From: Yuukianura sp. NJ FZ-2021
Taxonomy: Eukaryota
DNA length: 64,000 bases
Direction of reading: 5' to 3'
Assembly (NCBI GenBank): GCA_046563655.1
Contig: CM102285.1
Coordinates: 3,162,001-3,226,000 of the forward strand
In this document: positions 62,284-64,000 of the stretch, piece by piece
How positions within the stretch are numbered: the first letter of the stretch is position 1
Layout of the letters: every line of letters starts with the position of its first letter
The notes under the pieces: model-generated
The model's database searches: none
What the model was told of the DNA's origin: nothing
What the model saw: the letters and a program-made list of their open reading frames with translations, nothing else
Translations under genes and position numbers: made by a program

Positions 62284-63067
62284 AGCCCGTATCACATTGC
62301 CGACGCACCTCAACTTTTTGCGTTGGATTTGAATCCAACGCGAGAAAAAGGCTATCACATTGGATTTGAGGCTGCGTTGAGTTGACGCGCGTTTTTTCTC
62401 AGCTTCAAACTCAACGCGACCTCAAAATCGGGGAGCTATCACACTGCCTCCTTCCGATTCAAAACTGACGTCGCGTCAAGAAAAGTTGACGCGATGAGAA
62501 GTTGAACTTGGTTCAACTTTTCTTCGCGTCAAAATCGAATCGTCTGTTTTTTTAATTGTTTACCATCTACTATTTGAATTTTAACTAACTATGACACGGT
62601 TTAACTTCACTTTCAAGTCAGGTAATGTCCATTTTGCATTACTGAAACAAAATATTGTTAAACCTTCCGGCGCCGGACTTGTCATTTTAATTTAATTATT
62701 TAATTATCTAAAAAGGTTATGTGTTTATGGAAAAATGGATGAAGAACCTTGACTTTAATGGGAAAGTCAAGAAACGGAAAGTCAAGCACCGAAATTGACC
62801 AAGAATTACATTTAACTTCATCTTCTCAGCTGTTCATCCATATCCAATACTTTTCTGCAGGTTCCTCATTGGATATAAGTCATAGCCTAGGATCAGTCAT
62901 AGTAGGTGTAGGTAAAATCTGTGCGTTTTTTTTGAAGCTGCTTTTTTTTAACGCCAGAGCTCGCAGTGTGATAGCCTTCGGGTCTGCGTCAAAATCAACG
63001 CGCTTTAATTCTGAGCGTCAGCTTTAAAGTTGACGCACGACGCAAGGCTTGCAATGTGATTCGGGCT
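62284..63067. mobile_element. MITE, PIF/Harbinger-like (Tourist type)
   Basis: 17-bp TIRs AGCCCGTATCACATTGC (62284-62300) / GCAATGTGATTCGGGCT (63051-63067), one mismatch. TTA target-site duplication at 62281-62283 and 63068-63070. Internal repeats GCTATCACA and TTGACGC; no transposase ORF. Confidence 0.85.
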
Positions 63068-63604
63068 TTAAGACAAGGGCGACGACCACGCTAATCCTCT
63101 GATTCTCCGAACTTTTATTTTGGAGATGTTCTTCCCGTGAGGGGATTACTATTGAAATCGGCTAAAAACCCAGAGAAAGTGTGACGAAATCAATTGTTTC
63201 CTCGCAGTATTTCCCCACCAGGTAGGTACGTCAGCATTTTGAACCAATCATCTCAGAGAAAAAAGGATTCTGAAAGCAAAAGCAAAGTGAGAGGAATATC
63301 AAAATATAACGCTCAAACGCTGGCGAACTTTCTTTGGAGCTGAGCTAAGCAACGAAATGATTTGCTCAGACATTCCTTGCTATTTCAATGCGGATAAGAT
63401 CATCTCCAGCAAATATACATGAGGCGGCAAAGTATAAAACCTCAAAGTGATCAAACAGCGAAGATACGCGACGAAAGTGCCGACGTCCATACCCTTTTCT
63501 CACTTTCACTTTTCAACCCATCATAATAAGAACCAGCTATTACTTTTATTCAACTAAAATGTCCACAAGAATATTAGAACACGTTACAGATTTTGAAATT
63601 ACCA

Positions 63605-64000
63605 CTACAAATTCGGTACATGTCGCTTATAGACGTTAGGGAGGAGGGATTGTAGCACAATGTGGGTAAGAATGGCCGTAAGCCCCCATAAACGAACATC
63701 TCTTGGCAATGGTGCTGCTGCGCCATCTTCCTCTTCACTAGAGCTGAGTTCGGTGGGCTTTTCATAAGCCCCTGGAGGATGGTACACTTTCATGTTTTTG
63801 TAAATTGGAGCCCCGAAAAGTCCACGCAGAAATTGAGTATGACCCCAATTTTCTTTATCACAAAAGTGATGCAAAGGGATTGTAAAGGCTTTTTCCACTT
63901 CATGCGGATTTACTTTAAGCGTCGCCGCGTCTAATGTCCCTTTCAAGAAACCGAGCACCGGAGTAACCCCCATCAATGACGAAGCTGTAGGCATTTCGTC
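63605..64000 (-). CDS. NUDT8: Nudix CoA diphosphatase, NUDT8/NUDT7-like, last exon; gene continues beyond the window
   Basis: VTPVLGFL...LKVNPHEVEKAFTIPLHHFC...GHTQF...RLWGLTAILTHIVL is the C-terminal half of the NUDT7/8 family. AATAAA on the minus strand at 63545-63550. Confidence 0.8.
   Translation of the reverse strand, partial: DEMPTASSLMGVTPVLGFLKGTLDAATLKVNPHEVEKAFTIPLHHFCDKENWGHTQFLRGLFGAPIYKNMKVYHPPGAYEKPTELSSSEEEDGAAAPLPRDVRLWGLTAILTHIVLQSLLPNVYKRHVPNL

Overview
AT-rich eukaryotic (animal) genomic DNA with spliced genes and mostly short GT-AG introns. The CYP307 (spook-family) ecdysteroid P450 points to an arthropod; I cannot name the species. Gene order: 3' end of Rho kinase (ROCK, +) with two phase-compatible terminal exons; a 3-exon orphan gene (+); CYP307 (+, 4 exons); meiotic Hop2 (-, 3 exons); a ~20 x 200-bp satellite with higher-order structure; an internally deleted Drp1/dynamin-like gene with a glycine-zipper insert (-, 4 exons, ~431 aa); SoxF (-, HMG box split by a 26.2-kb intron); a single-LIM CRIP/MLP-like gene (-); and the 3' end of a NUDT8-like gene (-). 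Repeats include a Helentron/DINE-like non-autonomous family (two long copies, one remnant, one apparent tail-to-head end junction), a PIF/Harbinger-type MITE with TTA target duplication, and short-motif arrays. No CRISPR, rRNA or convincing tRNA was seen. I found no clearly new multi-gene system; the strongest novelty candidates are the intact-looking 'mini-dynamin', the alternative ROCK C-terminus and the Helentron-like family carrying nuclear-receptor sites upstream of CYP307. All gene models were built by eye and family calls come from remembered motifs, not database searches.
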